Source: Eledone cirrhosa
Taxonomy: Eukaryota
Length of the DNA: 64,000 bases
Direction of reading: 5' to 3'
NCBI GenBank assembly: GCA_964016885.1
Contig: OZ024742.1
Span: 361,274,001 to 361,338,000 of the forward strand
Shown in pieces: positions 1 through 17,600 of this stretch (positions are counted from its first letter, which is position 1; each line of letters starts with the position of its first letter). Below the pieces are notes generated by a model that saw only the letters and a list, made by a program, of their open reading frames with translations, was not told the DNA's origin and did not search any database. The position numbers and the translations under genes are program-made.

Positions 1-900
1 TACATAGAATTACCATCATCAAACAGTATATAGCTATACATAGAATTACCATCAACAAACGGTATATGTAGCTATACATAGAATTACCATCATCAAAGGG
101 TATATAGCTATACATAGAATTACCATCATCAAAGGTTATATAGCTATACATAGAATTACCATCAACAAACAGTATATAGCTATACATAGAATTACCATCA
201 TCAAACAGTATATAGCTATACATAGAATTACCATCAACAAAGAGTATATATAGCTATACATAGAATTACCATCATCAAAGGGTATATAGCTATACATAGA
301 ATTACCATCATCAAAGGGTATATAGCTATACATAGAATTACCATCATCAAAGGGTATATAGCTATACATAGAATTACCATCAACAAACAGTATATAGCTA
401 TACACAGAATTACCATCATTAAAGGGTATATATAGCTATACATAGAATTACCATCATCAAAGGGTATATAAGCTATACATAGAATTACCATCATCAAAGG
501 GTATATAGCTATACATAGAATTACCATCAACAAACAGTATATAGCTATACACAGAATTACCATCATCAAAGTGTATATATAGCTATACATAGAATTAACA
601 TCATCAAAGGGTATATAGCTATACATAGAATTACCATGATCAAAGGGTATATAGCTATACATAGAATTACCATCAACAAAGAGTATATAGCTATACATAA
701 AATTACCATCATCAAAGGGTATATAAGCTATACATAGGATTACCATCAACAAAGGGTATATAGCTATACATAGAATTACCATCATCAAAGGGTATATAGC
801 TATATGTAGAATTACCATCATCAAAAGGTATATAGCTATAGATAGAATTACCATCAACAAACAGTATATAGCTATACACAGAATTACCATCAACAAAGGG

Positions 901-3900
901 TATATAGCTATACATAGAATTACCATCATCAAAGGGTATATTGCTATACATAGAATTACCATCATCAAAGGGTATAGAGCTATACATAGAATTACCATCA
1001 TCAAAGGATATATAGCTATACATAGAATTACCATCGTAAAAGGGTATATATAGCTATACATAGAATTACCATTAACAAACAGTATATAGCTATACACAGA
1101 ATTACCATCAATAAAGGGTATATAGCTATACATAGAATTACCATCATTAAAGTGTATATAGCTATACATAGAATTACCATCATCAAAGGGTATATTGCTA
1201 TACATAGAATTACCATCATCAAAGGGTATATAGCTATACATAGAATTACCATCATCAAAGGGTATATAGCTATACATAGAATTACCATCGTCAAAGGGTA
1301 TATATAGCTATACATAGAATTACCATTAACAAACAGTATATAGCTATACACAGAATTACCATCAACCAAGGGTATATAGCTATACATAGAATTACCATCA
1401 ACAAACAGTATATAGCTATACACAGAATTACCATCAACAAAGGGTATATAGCTATACATAGAATTACCATCAAAAACAGTATATAGCTATACATAGAATT
1501 ACCATCAACAAACAGTATATAGGTATACATAGAATTACCATCAACAAACAGTATATAGCTATACATAGAATTACCATCAACAAACAGTATATAGCTATAC
1601 ACAGAATTACCATCAACAAAGGGTATATAGCTATACATAGAATTACCATCAACAAACAGTATATAGCTATACATAGAATTACCATCAACAAACAGTATAT
1701 AGCTATACATAGAATTACCATCAACAAACAGTATATAGCTATACACAGAATTACCATCATCAAAGGGTATATAGCTATGCCTAGAATTACCATCAACAAA
1801 CAGTATATAGCTATACATAGAATTACCATCATCAAAGGGTATATAGCTATACATAGAATTACCATCATCAAAGTGTATATATAGCTATACATAGAATTAC
1901 CATCAACAAAGGGTACATAGCTATACACAGAATTACCATCATCAAAGGGTATATAGCTATACATAGAATTACCATCATCAAAGGGTATATATAGCTATAC
2001 ATAGAATTACCATCAACAAAGGGTATATAGCTATACATAGAATTACCATCATCAAAGGGTATATAGCTATACATAGAATTACCATCAACGAACAGTATAT
2101 AACTATACACAGAATTACCATCATCAAAGGGTATATATAGCTATACATAGAATTACCATTATCAAAGGGTATATAGCTATACATAGAATTACCATGATCA
2201 AAGGGTATATAGCTATACATAGAATTACCATCATCAAAGGGTATATAGCTATACATAGAATTACCATGATCATAGGGTATATAGCTATACATAGAATTAC
2301 CATCAACAAAGGGTATATAGCTATACATAGAATTACCATCATCAAAGGGTATATAAGCTATACATAGAATTACCATCATCAAACAGTATATAGCTATACA
2401 TAGAGTTACCATGATCAAAGGGTATATATAGCTATACATAGAATTACCATCAACAAAAAGTATATAGCTATACATAGAATTACCATCATCAAAGGGTATA
2501 TAGTTATACATAGAATTACCATGATCAAAGCGTATATATAGCCATACATAGAATTACCATCATCAAAAAGTATATAGCTATACATAGAATTACGATCAAC
2601 AAACAGTATATAGCTATACATAGAATTACCATCAACAAACAGTATATAGCTATACATAGAATTACCATCAACAAACAGTATATAGCTATACACAGAATTA
2701 CCACCATCAAAGGGTATATATAGCTATACATAGAATTACCATCAACAAACAGTATATAGCTATACATAGAATTACCATCATCAAAGGGTATATAGCTATA
2801 CATAGAATTACCATGATCAAAGGGTATATATAGCTATACATAGAATTACCATCATCAAAAGGTATATAGCTATACATAGAATTACCATCAACAAACAGTA
2901 TATAGCCATACATAGAATTACCATCAACAAAGGGTATATAGCTATACATAGAATTACCATCATCAAAGGGTATATAGCTATACATAGAATTACCATCAAC
3001 AAACAGTATATAGCTATACACAGAATTACCATCATCAAAGGGTATATATAGCTATACATAGAATTACCATCATCAAAGGGTATATAGCTATACATAGAAT
3101 TACCATGATCAAAGGGTATATAGCTATACATAGAATTACCATCAACAAAGGGTATATAGCTATACATAGAATTACCATCATCAAAGGGTATATAAGCTAT
3201 ACATAGAATTACCATCAACAAAGGGGATATAGCCATACATAGAATTACCATCATCAAAGGGTATATAGCTATACATAGAATTACCATGATCAAAGGGTAT
3301 ATAGCTATACATAGAATTACCATCAACAAAGGGTATATAGCTATACATAGAATTACCATCATCAAAGGGTATATAAGCTATACATAGAATTACCATCAAC
3401 AAACAGTATATAGCTATACATAGAATTACCATGATCAAAGGGTATATATAGCTATACATAGAATTACCATCATCAAAGGGTATATTGCTATACATAGAAT
3501 TACCATCATCAAAGGGTATAGAGCTATACATAGAATTACCATCATCAAAGGATATATAGCTATACATAGAATTACCATCGTAAAAGGGTATATATAGCTA
3601 TACATAGAATTACCATTAACAAACAGTATATAGCTATACACAGAATTACCATCAATAAAGGGTATATAGCTATACATAGAATTACCATCATTAAAGTGTA
3701 TATAGCTATACATAGAATTACCATCATCAAAGGGTATATTGCTATACATAGAATTACCATCATCAAAGGGTATATAGCTATACATAGAATTACCATCATC
3801 AAAGGGTATATAGCTATACATAGAATTACCATCGTCAAAGGGTATATATAGCTATACATAGAATTACCATTAACAAACAGTATATAGCTATACACAGAAT

Positions 3901-6016
3901 TACCATCAACCAAGGGTATATAGCTATACATAGAATTACCATCAACAAACAGTATATAGCTATACACAGAATTACCATCAACAAAGGGTATATAGCTATA
4001 CATAGAATTACCATCAAAAACAGTATATAGCTATACATAGAATTACCATCAACAAACAGTATATAGGTATACATAGAATTACCATCAACAAACAGTATAT
4101 AGCTATACATAGAATTACCATCAACAAACAGTATATAGCTATACACAGAATTACCATCAACAAAGGGTATATAGCTATACATAGAATTACCATCAACAAA
4201 CAGTATATAGCTATACATAGAATTACCATCAACAAACAGTATATAGCTATACATAGAATTACCATCAACAAACAGTATATAGCTATACACAGAATTACCA
4301 TCATCAAAGGGTATATAGCTATGCCTAGAATTACCATCAACAAACAGTATATAGCTATACATAGAATTACCATCATCAAAGGGTATATAGCTATACATAG
4401 AATTACCATCATCAAAGTGTATATATAGCTATACATAGAATTACCATCAACAAAGGGTACATAGCTATACACAGAATTACCATCATCAAAGGGTATATAG
4501 CTATACATAGAATTACCATCATCAAAGGGTATATATAGCTATACATAGAATTACCATCAACAAAGGGTATATAGCTATACATAGAATTACCATCATCAAA
4601 GGGTATATAGCTATACATAGAATTACCATCAACGAACAGTATATAACTATACACAGAATTACCATCATCAAAGGGTATATATAGCTATACATAGAATTAC
4701 CATTATCAAAGGGTATATAGCTATACATAGAATTACCATGATCAAAGGGTATATAGCTATACATAGAATTACCATCATCAAAGGGTATATAGCTATACAT
4801 AGAATTACCATGATCATAGGGTATATAGCTATACATAGAATTACCATCAACAAAGGGTATATAGCTATACATAGAATTACCATCATCAAAGGGTATATAA
4901 GCTATACATAGAATTACCATCATCAAACAGTATATAGCTATACATAGAGTTACCATGATCAAAGGGTATATATAGCTATACATAGAATTACCATCAACAA
5001 AAAGTATATAGCTATACATAGAATTACCATCATCAAAGGGTATATAGTTATACATAGAATTACCATGATCAAAGCGTATATATAGCCATACATAGAATTA
5101 CCATCATCAAAAAGTATATAGCTATACATAGAATTACGATCAACAAACAGTATATAGCTATACATAGAATTACCATCAACAAACAGTATATAGCTATACA
5201 TAGAATTACCATCAACAAACAGTATATAGCTATACACAGAATTACCACCATCAAAGGGTATATATAGCTATACATAGAATTACCATCAACAAACAGTATA
5301 TAGCTATACATAGAATTACCATCATCAAAGGGTATATAGCTATACATAGAATTACCATGATCAAAGGGTATATATAGCTATACATAGAATTACCATCATC
5401 AAAAGGTATATAGCTATACATAGAATTACCATCAACAAACAGTATATAGCCATACATAGAATTACCATCAACAAAGGGTATATAGCTATACATAGAATTA
5501 CCATCATCAAAGGGTATATAGCTATACATAGAATTACCATCAACAAACAGTATATAGCTATACACAGAATTACCATCATCAAAGGGTATATATAGCTATA
5601 CATAGAATTACCATCATCAAAGGGTATATAGCTATACATAGAATTACCATGATCAAAGGGTATATAGCTATACATAGAATTACCATCAACAAAGGGTATA
5701 TAGCTATACATAGAATTACCATCATCAAAGGGTATATAAGCTATACATAGAATTACCATCAACAAAGGGGATATAGCCATACATAGAATTACCATCATCA
5801 AAGGGTATATAGCTATACATAGAATTACCATGATCAAAGGGTATATAGCTATACATAGAATTACCATCAACAAAGGGTATATAGCTATACATAGAATTAC
5901 CATCATCAAAGGGTATATAAGCTATACATAGAATTACCATCAACAAACAGTATATAGCTATACATAGAATTACCATGATCAAAGGGTATATATAGCTATA
6001 CATAGAATTACCATCA
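901..6016. repeat. Tandem higher-order duplication of the satellite, period 2544 bp
   Basis: Rare variants recur in the same order at +2544. ORF-track entries are identical at this offset (1028/3572, 1291/3835, 1470/4014, 1868/4412, 1978/4522, 2415/4959, 2817/5361). End points are approximate. Confidence 0.93.
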
Positions 6017-9000
6017 ACAAAAAGTATATAGCTATACATAGAATTACCATCACCAAAGGGTATATAGCTATACATAGAATTACCATGATCAAAGGCTATA
6101 TAGAGCTATACATAGAATTACCATCATCAAAAGGTATATAGCTATACATAGAATTACCATCAACAAACAGTATATAGCCATACATAGAATTACCATCAAC
6201 AAAGGGTATATAGCTATACATAGAATTACCATCATCAAAGAGTATATAGCTATACATAGAATTACCATCAACAAACAGTATATAGCTATACACAGAATTA
6301 CCATCATCAAAGGGTATATATAGCTATACATAGAATTACCATCATCAAAGGGTATATAGCTATACATAGAATTACCATGATCAAAGGGTATATAGCTATA
6401 CATAGAATTACCATCAACAAAGGGTATATAGCTATACATAGAATTACCATCATCAAAGGGTATATAGCTATATGTAGAATTACCATCATCAAAAGGTATA
6501 TAGCTATAGATAGAATTACCATCAACAAACAGTATATAGCTATACACAGAATTACCATCAACAAAGGGTATATAGCTATACATAGAATTACCATCATCAA
6601 AGGGTATATTGCTATACATAGAATTACCATCATCAAAGGGTATAGAGCTATACATAGAATTACCATTATCAAAGGGTATATAGCTATACATAGAATTACC
6701 ATCGTCAAAGGGTATATATAGCTATACATAGAATTACCATTAACAAACAGTATATAGCTATACACAGAATTACCATCAACCAAGTGTATATAGCTATACA
6801 TAGAATTACCATCAACAAACAGTATATAGCTATACATAGAATTACCATCAACAAACAGTATATAGCTATACACAGAATTACCATCAACAAAGGGTATATA
6901 GCTATACATAGAATTACCATCATTAAAGTGTATATAGCTATACATAGAATTACCATCATCAAAGGGTATATTGCTATACATAGAATTACCATCATCAAAG
7001 GGTATATAGCTATACATAGAATTACCATCATCAAAGGGTATATAGCTATACATAGAATTACGATCGTCAAAGGGTATATATAGCTATACATAGAATTACC
7101 ATTAACAAACAGTATATAGCTATACACAGAATTACTATCAACAAACAGTATATAGCTATACATAGAATTACCATCAACAAACAGTATATAGCTATACACA
7201 GAATTAGCATCATCAAACAGTATATAGCTATACATAGAATTACCATCAACAAACAGTATATAGCTATACACAGAATTACCATCAACAAAGGGTATATAGC
7301 TATACATAGAATTACCATCAACAAACAGTATATAGCTATACATAGAATTACCATCAACAAACAGTATATAGCTATACATAGAATTACCATCAACAAACAG
7401 TATATAGCTATACACAGAATTACCATCATCAAAGGGTATATAGCTATGCCTAGAATTACCATCAACAAACAGTATATAGCTATACATAGAATTACCATCA
7501 TCAAAGGGTATATAGCTATACATAGAATTACCATCATCAAAGTGTATATATAGCTATACATAGAATTACCATCAACAAAGGGTACATAGCTATACACAGA
7601 ATTACCATCATCAAAGGGTATATAGCTATACATAGAATTACCATCATCAAAGGGTATATATAGCTATACATAGAATTACCATCAACAAAGGGTATATAGC
7701 TATACATAGAATTACCATCATCAAAGGGTATATAGCTATACATAGAATTACCATGATCATAGGGTATATAGCTATACATAGAATTACCATCAACAAAGGG
7801 TATATAGCTATACATAGAATTACCATCATCAAAGGGTATATAAGCTATACATAGAATTACCATCATCAAACAGTATATAGCTATACATAGAGTTACCATG
7901 ATCAAAGGGTATATATAGCTATACATAGAATTACCATCAACAAAATGTATATAGCTATACATAGAATTACCATCATCAAAGGGTATATAGCTATACATAG
8001 AATTACCATGATCAAAGCGTATATATAGCTATACATAGAATTACCATCATCAAAAGGTATATAGCTATACATAGAATTACGATCAACAAACAGTATATAG
8101 CTATACATAGAATTACCATCAACAAACAGTATATAGCTATACATAGAATTACCATCAACAAACAGTATATAGCTATACACAGAATTACCACCATCAAAGG
8201 GTATATATAGCTATACATAGAATTACCATCAACAAACAGTATATAGCTATACATAGAATTACCATCATCAAAGGGTATATAGCTATACATAGAATTACCA
8301 TGATCAAAGGGTATATATAGCTATACATAGAATTACCATCATCAAAAGGTATATAGCTATACATAGAATTACCATCAACAAACAGTATATAGCCATACAT
8401 AGAATTACCATCAACAAAGGGTATATAGCTATACATAGAATTACCATCATCAAAGGGTATATAGCTATACATAGAATTACCATGATCAAAGGGTATATAG
8501 CTATACATAGAATTACCATCAACAAAGGGTATATAGCTATACATAGAATTACCATCATCAAAGGGTATATAAGCTATACATAGAATTACCATCAACAAAG
8601 GGGATATAGCCATACATAGAATTACCATCATCAAAGGGTATATAGCTATACATAGAATTACCATGATCAAAGGGTATATAGCTATACATAGAATTACCAT
8701 CAACAAAGGGTATATAGCTATACATAGAATTACCATCATCAAAGGGTATATAAGCTATACATAGAATTACCATCAACAAACAGTATATAGCTATACATAG
8801 AATTACCATGATCAAAGGGTATATATAGCTATACATAGAATTACCATCAATAAAAAGTATATAGCTATACATAGAATTACCATCACCAAAGGGTATATAG
8901 CTATACATAGAATTACCATGATCAAAGGCTATATAGAGCTATACATAGAATTACCATCATCAAAAGGTATATAGCTATACATAGAATTACCATCAACAAA

Positions 9001-10520
9001 CAGTATATAGCCATACATAGAATTACCATCAACAAAGGGTATATAGCTATACATAGAATTACCATCATCAAAGAGTATATAGCTATACATAGAATTACCA
9101 TCAACAAACAGTATATAGCTATACACAGAATTACCATCATCAAAGGGTATATATAGCTATACATAGAATTACCATCATCAAAGGGTATATAGCTATACAT
9201 AGAATTACCATGATCAAAGGGTATATAGCTATACATAGAATTACCATCAACAAAGGGTATATAGCTATACATAGAATTACCATCATCAAAGGGTATATAA
9301 GCTATACATAGAATTACCATCAACAAAGGGGATATAGCCATACATAGAATTACCATCAACAAAGGGGATATAGCCATACATAGAATTACCATCATCAAAG
9401 GGTATATAGCTATACATAGAATTACCATCATCAAAGGGTATATAAGCTATACATAGAATTACCATCATCAAAGGGTATATAGCTATACATAGAATTACCA
9501 TCATGAAAGGGTATATATAGCTATACATAGAATTACCATCATCAAAGGGTATATAGCTGTACATAGAATTACCATCAACAAACAGTATATAGATATACAC
9601 AGAATTACCATCATCAAAGGGTATATATAGCTATACATAGAATTACCATCATCAAAGGGTATATAAGCTATACATAGAATTACCATCAACAAAGGTTATA
9701 TAGCTATACACAGAATTACCATCAACAAACAGTATAGAGCTATACATAGAATTACCATCACAAAGGGTATATAGCTATACATAGAATTACCATCATCAAA
9801 GGGTATATAAAGCTATACATAGAATTACCATCATCAAACAGTATATAGCTATACATAGAATTACCATCATCAAAGGGTATATATAACTATACATAGAATT
9901 AATTCATCAAAGGGTATATAGCTATACACAGAATTACCATCAACAAACAGTATATAGCTATACATAGAATTGCCATCAACAAAGGGTATATATAGCTATA
10001 CATAGAATTACCATCATCAAAGGGTATATAGCTATACATAGAATTACATCAACAAAGGGTATATAGCTATACATAGAATTACCATCATCAAAGGGTATAT
10101 AGCTATACATAGAATTACCATCAACAAAGGGTATATAGCTAAACATAGAATTACCATTATCAAAGGGTATATAGCTATACCTAGAATTACCATCTTCAAA
10201 GGGTATATAAGCTATACATAGAATTACCATCAACAAAGGGTATATAGCTATACATAGAATTACCATCATCAAATGGTATAAAAGCTATACATAGAATTAC
10301 CATCAACAAAGGGTATATAGCTATACATAGAATTACCATCATCAAACAGTATATAGCTATACATAGAATTACCATCAACAAACGGTATATGTAGCTATAC
10401 ATAGAATTACCATCATCAAAGGGTATATAGCTATACATAGAATTACCATCATCAAAGGGTATATAGCTATACATAGAATTACCATCATCAAACAGTATAT
10501 AGCTATACATAGAATTACCA

Positions 10521-13400
10521 TCAACAAAGAGTATATATAGCTATACATAGAATTACCATCATCAAAGGGTATATAGCTATACATAGAATTACCATCATCA
10601 AAGGGTATATAGCTATACATAGAATTACCATCATCAAAGGGTATATAGCTATACATAGAATTACCATCAACAAACAGTATATAGCTATACACAGAATTAC
10701 CATCATTAAAGGGTATATATAGCTATACATAGAATTACCATCATCAAAGGGTATATAAGCTATACATAGAATTACCATCATCAAAGGGTATATAGCTATA
10801 CATAGAATTACCATCAACAAACAGTATATAGCTATACACAGAATTACCATCATCAAAGTGTATATATAGCTATACATAGAATTAACATCATCAAAGGGTA
10901 TATAGCTATACATAGAATTACCATGATCAAAGGGTATATAGCTATACATAGAATTACCATCAACAAAGAGTATATAGCTATACATAAAATTACCATCATC
11001 AAAGGGTATATAAGCTATACATAGGATTACCATCAACAAAGGGTATATAGCTATACATAGAATTACCATCATCAAAGGGTATATAGCTATATGTAGAATT
11101 ACCATCATCAAAAGGTATATAGCTATAGATAGAATTACCATCAACAAACAGTATATAGCTATACACAGAATTACCATCAACAAAGGGTATATAGCTATAC
11201 ATAGAATTACCATCATCAAAGGGTATATAGCTATACATAGAATTACCATCGTCAAAGGGTATATATAGCTATACATAGAATTACCATTAACAAACAGTAT
11301 ATAGCTATACACAGAATTACCATCAACCAAGGGTATATAGCTATACATAGAATTACCATCAACAAACAGTATATAGCTATACATAGAATTACCATCAACA
11401 AACAGTATATAGCTATACACAGAATTACCATCAACAAAGGGTATATAGCTATACATAGAATTACCATCATTAAAGTGTATATAGCTATACATAGAATTAC
11501 CATCATCAAAGGGTATATAGCTATACATAGAATTACCATCATCAAAGGGTATATAGCTATACATAGAATTACCATCGTCAAAGGGTATATATAGCTATAC
11601 ATAGAATTACCATTAACAAACAGTATATAGCTATACACAGAATTACCATCAACCAAGGGTATATAGCTATACATAGAATTACCATCAACAAACAGTATAT
11701 AGCTATACACAGAATTACCATCAACAAAGGGTATATAGCTATATATAGAATTACCATCAAAAACAGTATATAGCTATACATAGAATTACCATCAACAAAC
11801 AGTATATAGGTATACATAGAATTACCATCAACAAACAGTATATAGCTATACATAGAATTACCATCAACAAACAGTATATAGCTATACACAGAATTACCAT
11901 CAACAAAGGGTATATAGCTATACATAGAATTACCATCAACAAACAGTATATAGCTATACATAGAATTACCATCAACAAACAGTATATAGCTATACATAGA
12001 ATTACCATCAACAAACAGTATATAGCTATACACAGAATTACCATCATCAAAGGGTATATAGCTATGCCTAGAATTACCATCAACAAACAGTATATAGCTA
12101 TACATAGAATTACCATCATCAAAGGGTATATAGCTATACATAGAATTACCATCATCAAAGTGTATATATAGCTATACATAGAATTACCATCAACAAAGGG
12201 TACATAGCTATACACAGAATTACCATCATCAAAGGGTATATAGCTATACATAGAATTACCATCATCAAAGGGTATATATAGCTATACATAGAATTACCAT
12301 CAACAAAGGGTATATAGCTATACATAGAATTACCATCATCAAAGGGTATATAGCTATACATAGAATTACCATCAACGAACAGTATATAACTATACACAGA
12401 ATTACCATCATCAAAGGGTATATATAGCTATACATAGAATTACCATTATCAAAGGGTATATAGCTATACATAGAATTACCATGATCAAAGGGTATATAGC
12501 TATACATAGAATTACCATCATCAAAGGGTATATAGCTATACATAGAATTACCATGATCATAGGGTATATAGCTATACATAGAATTACCATCAACAAAGGG
12601 TATATAGCTATACATAGAATTACCATCATCAAAGGGTATATAAGCTATACATAGAATTACCATCATCAAACAGTATATAGCTATACATAGAGTTACCATG
12701 ATCAAAGGGTATATATAGCTATACATAGAATTACCATCAACAAAAAGTATATAGCTATACATAGAATTACCATCATCAAAGGGTATATAGCTATACATAG
12801 AATTACCATGATCAAAGCGTATATATAGCTATACATAGAATTACCATCATCAAAAGGTATATAGCTATACATAGAATTACGATCAACAAACAGTATATAG
12901 CTATACATAGAATTACCATCAACAAACAGTATATAGCTATACATAGAATTACCATCAACAAACAGTATATAGCTATACACAGAATTACCACCATCAAAGG
13001 GTATATATAGCTATACATAGAATTACCATCAACAAACAGTATATAGCTATACATAGAATTACCATCATCAAAGGGTATATAGCTATACATAGAATTACCA
13101 TGATCAAAGGGTATATATAGCTATACATAGAATTACCATCATCAAAAGGTATATAGCTATACATAGAATTACCATCAACAAACAGTATATAGCCATACAT
13201 AGAATTACCATCAACAAAGGGTATATAGCTATACATAGAATTACCATCATCAAAGTGTATATAGCTATACATAGAATTACCATCAACAAACAGTATATAG
13301 CTATACACAGAATTACCATCATCAAAGGGTATATATAGCTATACATAGAATTACCATCATCAAAGGGTATATAGCTATACATAGAATTACCATGATCAAA
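10521..13400. repeat. Further copy of the ~234-3100 satellite block (offset 10287 bp)
   Basis: ORF-track pairs 234/10521, 1291/11578, 1470/11757, 1868/12155, 1978/12265 and 2707/12994 share coordinates at +10287. Translations are near-identical except the 234/10521 pair, which differs internally. Confidence 0.85.
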
Positions 13401-14699
13401 GGGTATATAGCTATACATAGAATTACCATCAACAAAGGGTATCTAGCTATACATAGAATTACCATCATCAAAGGGTATATAAGCTATACATAGAATTACC
13501 ATCAACAAAGGGGATATAGCCATACATAGAATTACCATCAACAAAGGGGATATAGCCATACATAGAATTACCATCATCAAAGGGTATATAGCTATACATA
13601 GAATTACCATCATCAAAGGGTATATAAGCTATACATAGAATTACCATCATCAAAGGGTATATAGCTATACATAGAATTACCATCATGAAAGGGTATATAT
13701 AGCTATACATAGAATTACCATCATCAAAGGGTATATAGCTATACATAGAATTACCATCAACAAACAGTATATAGCGATACACGTAATTACCATCATCAAA
13801 GGGTATATATAGCTATACATAGAATTACCATCATCAAAGGGTATATAAGCTATACATAGAATTACCATCAACAAAGGGTATATAGCTATACACAGAATTA
13901 CCATCAACAAACAGTATAGAGCTATACATAGTATTACCATCATCAAAGGGTATATAGCTATACATAGAATTACCATCATCAAAGGGTATATAGCTATACA
14001 TAGAATTACCATCAACAAAGGGTATATAGCTAAACATAGAATTACCATTATCAAAGGGTATATAGCTATACCTAGAATTACCATCTTCAAAGGGTATATA
14101 AGCTATACATAGAATTACCATCAACAAAGGGTATATAGCTATACATAGAATTACCATCATCAAATGGTATAATAGCTATACATAGAATTACCATCAACAA
14201 AGGGTATATAGCTATACATATAATTACCATCATCAAACAGTATATAGCTATACATAGAATTACCATCAACAAACGGTATATGTAGCTATACATAGAATTA
14301 CCATCATCAAAGGGTATATAGCTATACATAGAATTACCATCATCAAAGGGTATATAGCTATACATAGAATTACCATCAACAAACAGTATATAGCTATACA
14401 TAGAATTACCATCATCAAAGGGTATATAGCTATACATAGAATTACCATCATCAAACAGTATATAGCTATACATAGAATTACCATCAACAAACAGTATATA
14501 GCTATACACAGAATTACCATCATTAAAGGGTATATATAGCTATACATAGAATTACCATCATCAAAGGGTATATAAGCTATACATAGAATTACCATCATCA
14601 AAGGGTATATAGCTATACATAGAATTACCATCATCAAAGTGTATATATAGCTATACATAGAATTACCATCATCAAAGGGTATATAGCTATACATAGAAT

Positions 14700-17600
14700 T
14701 ACCATGATCAAAGGGTATATAGCTATACATAGAATTACCATCAACAAAGAGTATATAGCTATACATAAAATTACCATCATCAAAGGGTATATAAGCTATA
14801 CATAGGATTACCATCAACAAAGGGTATATAGCTATACATAGAATTACCATCATCAAAGGGTATATAGTTATATGTAGAATTACCATCATCAAAAGGTATA
14901 TAGCTATACATAGAATTACCATCAACAAACAGTATATAGCTATACATAGAATTACCATCAACAAACAGTATATAGCTATACACAGAATTACCATCAACAA
15001 AGGGTATATAGCTATACATAGAATTACCATCATTAAATGTATATAGCTATACATAGAATTACCATCATCAAAGGGTATATTGCTATACATAGAATTACCA
15101 TCATCAAAGGGTATATAGCTATACATAGAATTACCATCATCAAAGGGTATATAGCTATACATAGAATTACCATCGTCAAAGGGTATATATAGCTATACAT
15201 AGAATTACCATTAACAAACAGTATATAGCTATACACAGAATTACCATCAACCAAGGGTATATAGCTATACATAGAATTACCATCAACAAACAGTATATAG
15301 CTATACACAGAATTACCATCAACAAAGGGTATATAGCTATACATAGAATTACCATCAAAAACAGTATATAGCTATACATAGAATTACCATCAACAAACAG
15401 TATATAGGTATACATAGAATTACCATCAACAAACAGTATATACCTATACATAGAATTACCATCAACAAACAGTATATAGCTATACACAGAATTACCATCA
15501 ACAAAGGGTATATAGCTATACATAGAATTACCATCATCAAAGTGTATATATAGCTATACATAGAATTACCATCAACAAAGGGTACATAGCTATACACAGA
15601 ATTACCATCATCAAAGGGTATATAGCTATACATAGAATTACCATCATCAAAGGGTATATATAGCTATACATAGAATTACCATCAACAAAGGGTATATAGC
15701 TATATATAGAATTACATCAACAAAGGGTATATAGCTATACATAGAATTACCATCAACAAACAGTATATAGCTATACATAGAATTACCATCATCAAACAGT
15801 ATATAGCTATACATAGAATTACAACCAACATACAGTATATAGCTATACATAGAATTACCATCATCAAAGGGTATATTTAGCTATACATAGAATTACCATC
15901 ATCAAACAGTATATAGCTATACACAGAATTACCATCATCAAAGGGTATATAGCTATACATAGAATTACTATCATCAAACAGTATATAGCTATACATAGAA
16001 TTACCATCATCAAAGGGTATATAGCTATACACAGAATTACCATCAACAAACAGTATATAGCTATACATAGAATTACCATCATCAAAGGGTATATAGCTAT
16101 ACACAGAATTACCATCAACAAACAGTATATAGCTATATATAGAATTACCATCAACAAACAGTATATAGCTATACATAGAATTAGCATCATCAAACAGTAT
16201 ATAGCTATACATAGAATTACCATCAACAAAGGGTATATATATAGCTATACATAGAATTAATTCATCAAAGGGTATATAGCTATACATAGAATTACCTTCA
16301 TCAAACTGTATATAGCTATACACAGAATTACCATCAACAAACAGTATATAGCTATACATAGAATTGCCATCAACAAAGGGTATATATAGCTATACATAGA
16401 ATTACCATCATCAAAGGGTATATAGCTATACATAGAATTACATCAACAAAGGGTATATAGCTATACATAGAATTACCATCATCAAAGGGTATATAGCTAT
16501 ACGTAGAATTACCATTATCAAAGGGTATATAGCTTTACATAGAATTACATCAACAAAGGGTATATAGCTATACATAGAATTACCATCATCAAAGGGTATA
16601 TAGCTATACATAGAATTACCATCAACAAAGGGTATATAGCTATACATAGAATTACCATCATCAAACAGTATATAGCTATACATAGAATTACCATCAACAA
16701 AGGGTATATGTAGCTATACATAGAATTACCATCATCAAAGGGTATATAGCTATACATAGAATTACCATCATCAAAGGTTATATAGCTATACATAGAATGA
16801 CCATCAACAAACAGTATATAGCTATACATAGAATTACCATCATCAAAGGGTATATAGCTATACATAGAATTACCATCATCAAACAGTATATAGCTATACA
16901 TAGAATTACCATCAACAAAGAGTATATATAGCTATACATAGAATTACCATCATCAAAGGGTATATAGCTATACATAGAATTACCATCATCAAAGGGTATA
17001 TAGCTATACATAGAATTACCATCATCAAAGGGTATATAGCTATACATAGAATTACCATCAACAAACATTATATAGCTATACACAGAATTACCATCATCAA
17101 AGGGTATATATAGCTATACATAGAATTACCATCATCAAAGGGTATATAAGCTATACATAGAATTAACATCATCAAAGGGTATATAGCTATACATAGAATT
17201 ACCATCAACAAACAGTATATAGCTATACACAGAATTACCATGATCAAAGTGTATATATAGCTATACATAGAATTACCATGATCAAAGGGTATATAGCTAT
17301 ACATAGAATTACCATCAACAAAGAGTATATAGCTATACATAGAATTACCATCATCAAAGGGTATATAAGCTATACATAGAATTACCATCAACAAAGGTTA
17401 TATAGCTATACATAGAATTACCATCATCAAAGGGTATATAGCTATATGTAGAATTACCATCATCAAAAGGTATATAGCTATACATAGAATTACCATCAAC
17501 AAACAGTATATAGCTATACATAGAATTACTATCAACAAACAGTATATAGCTATACACAGAATTACCATCAACAAAGGGTATATAGCTATACATAGAATTA

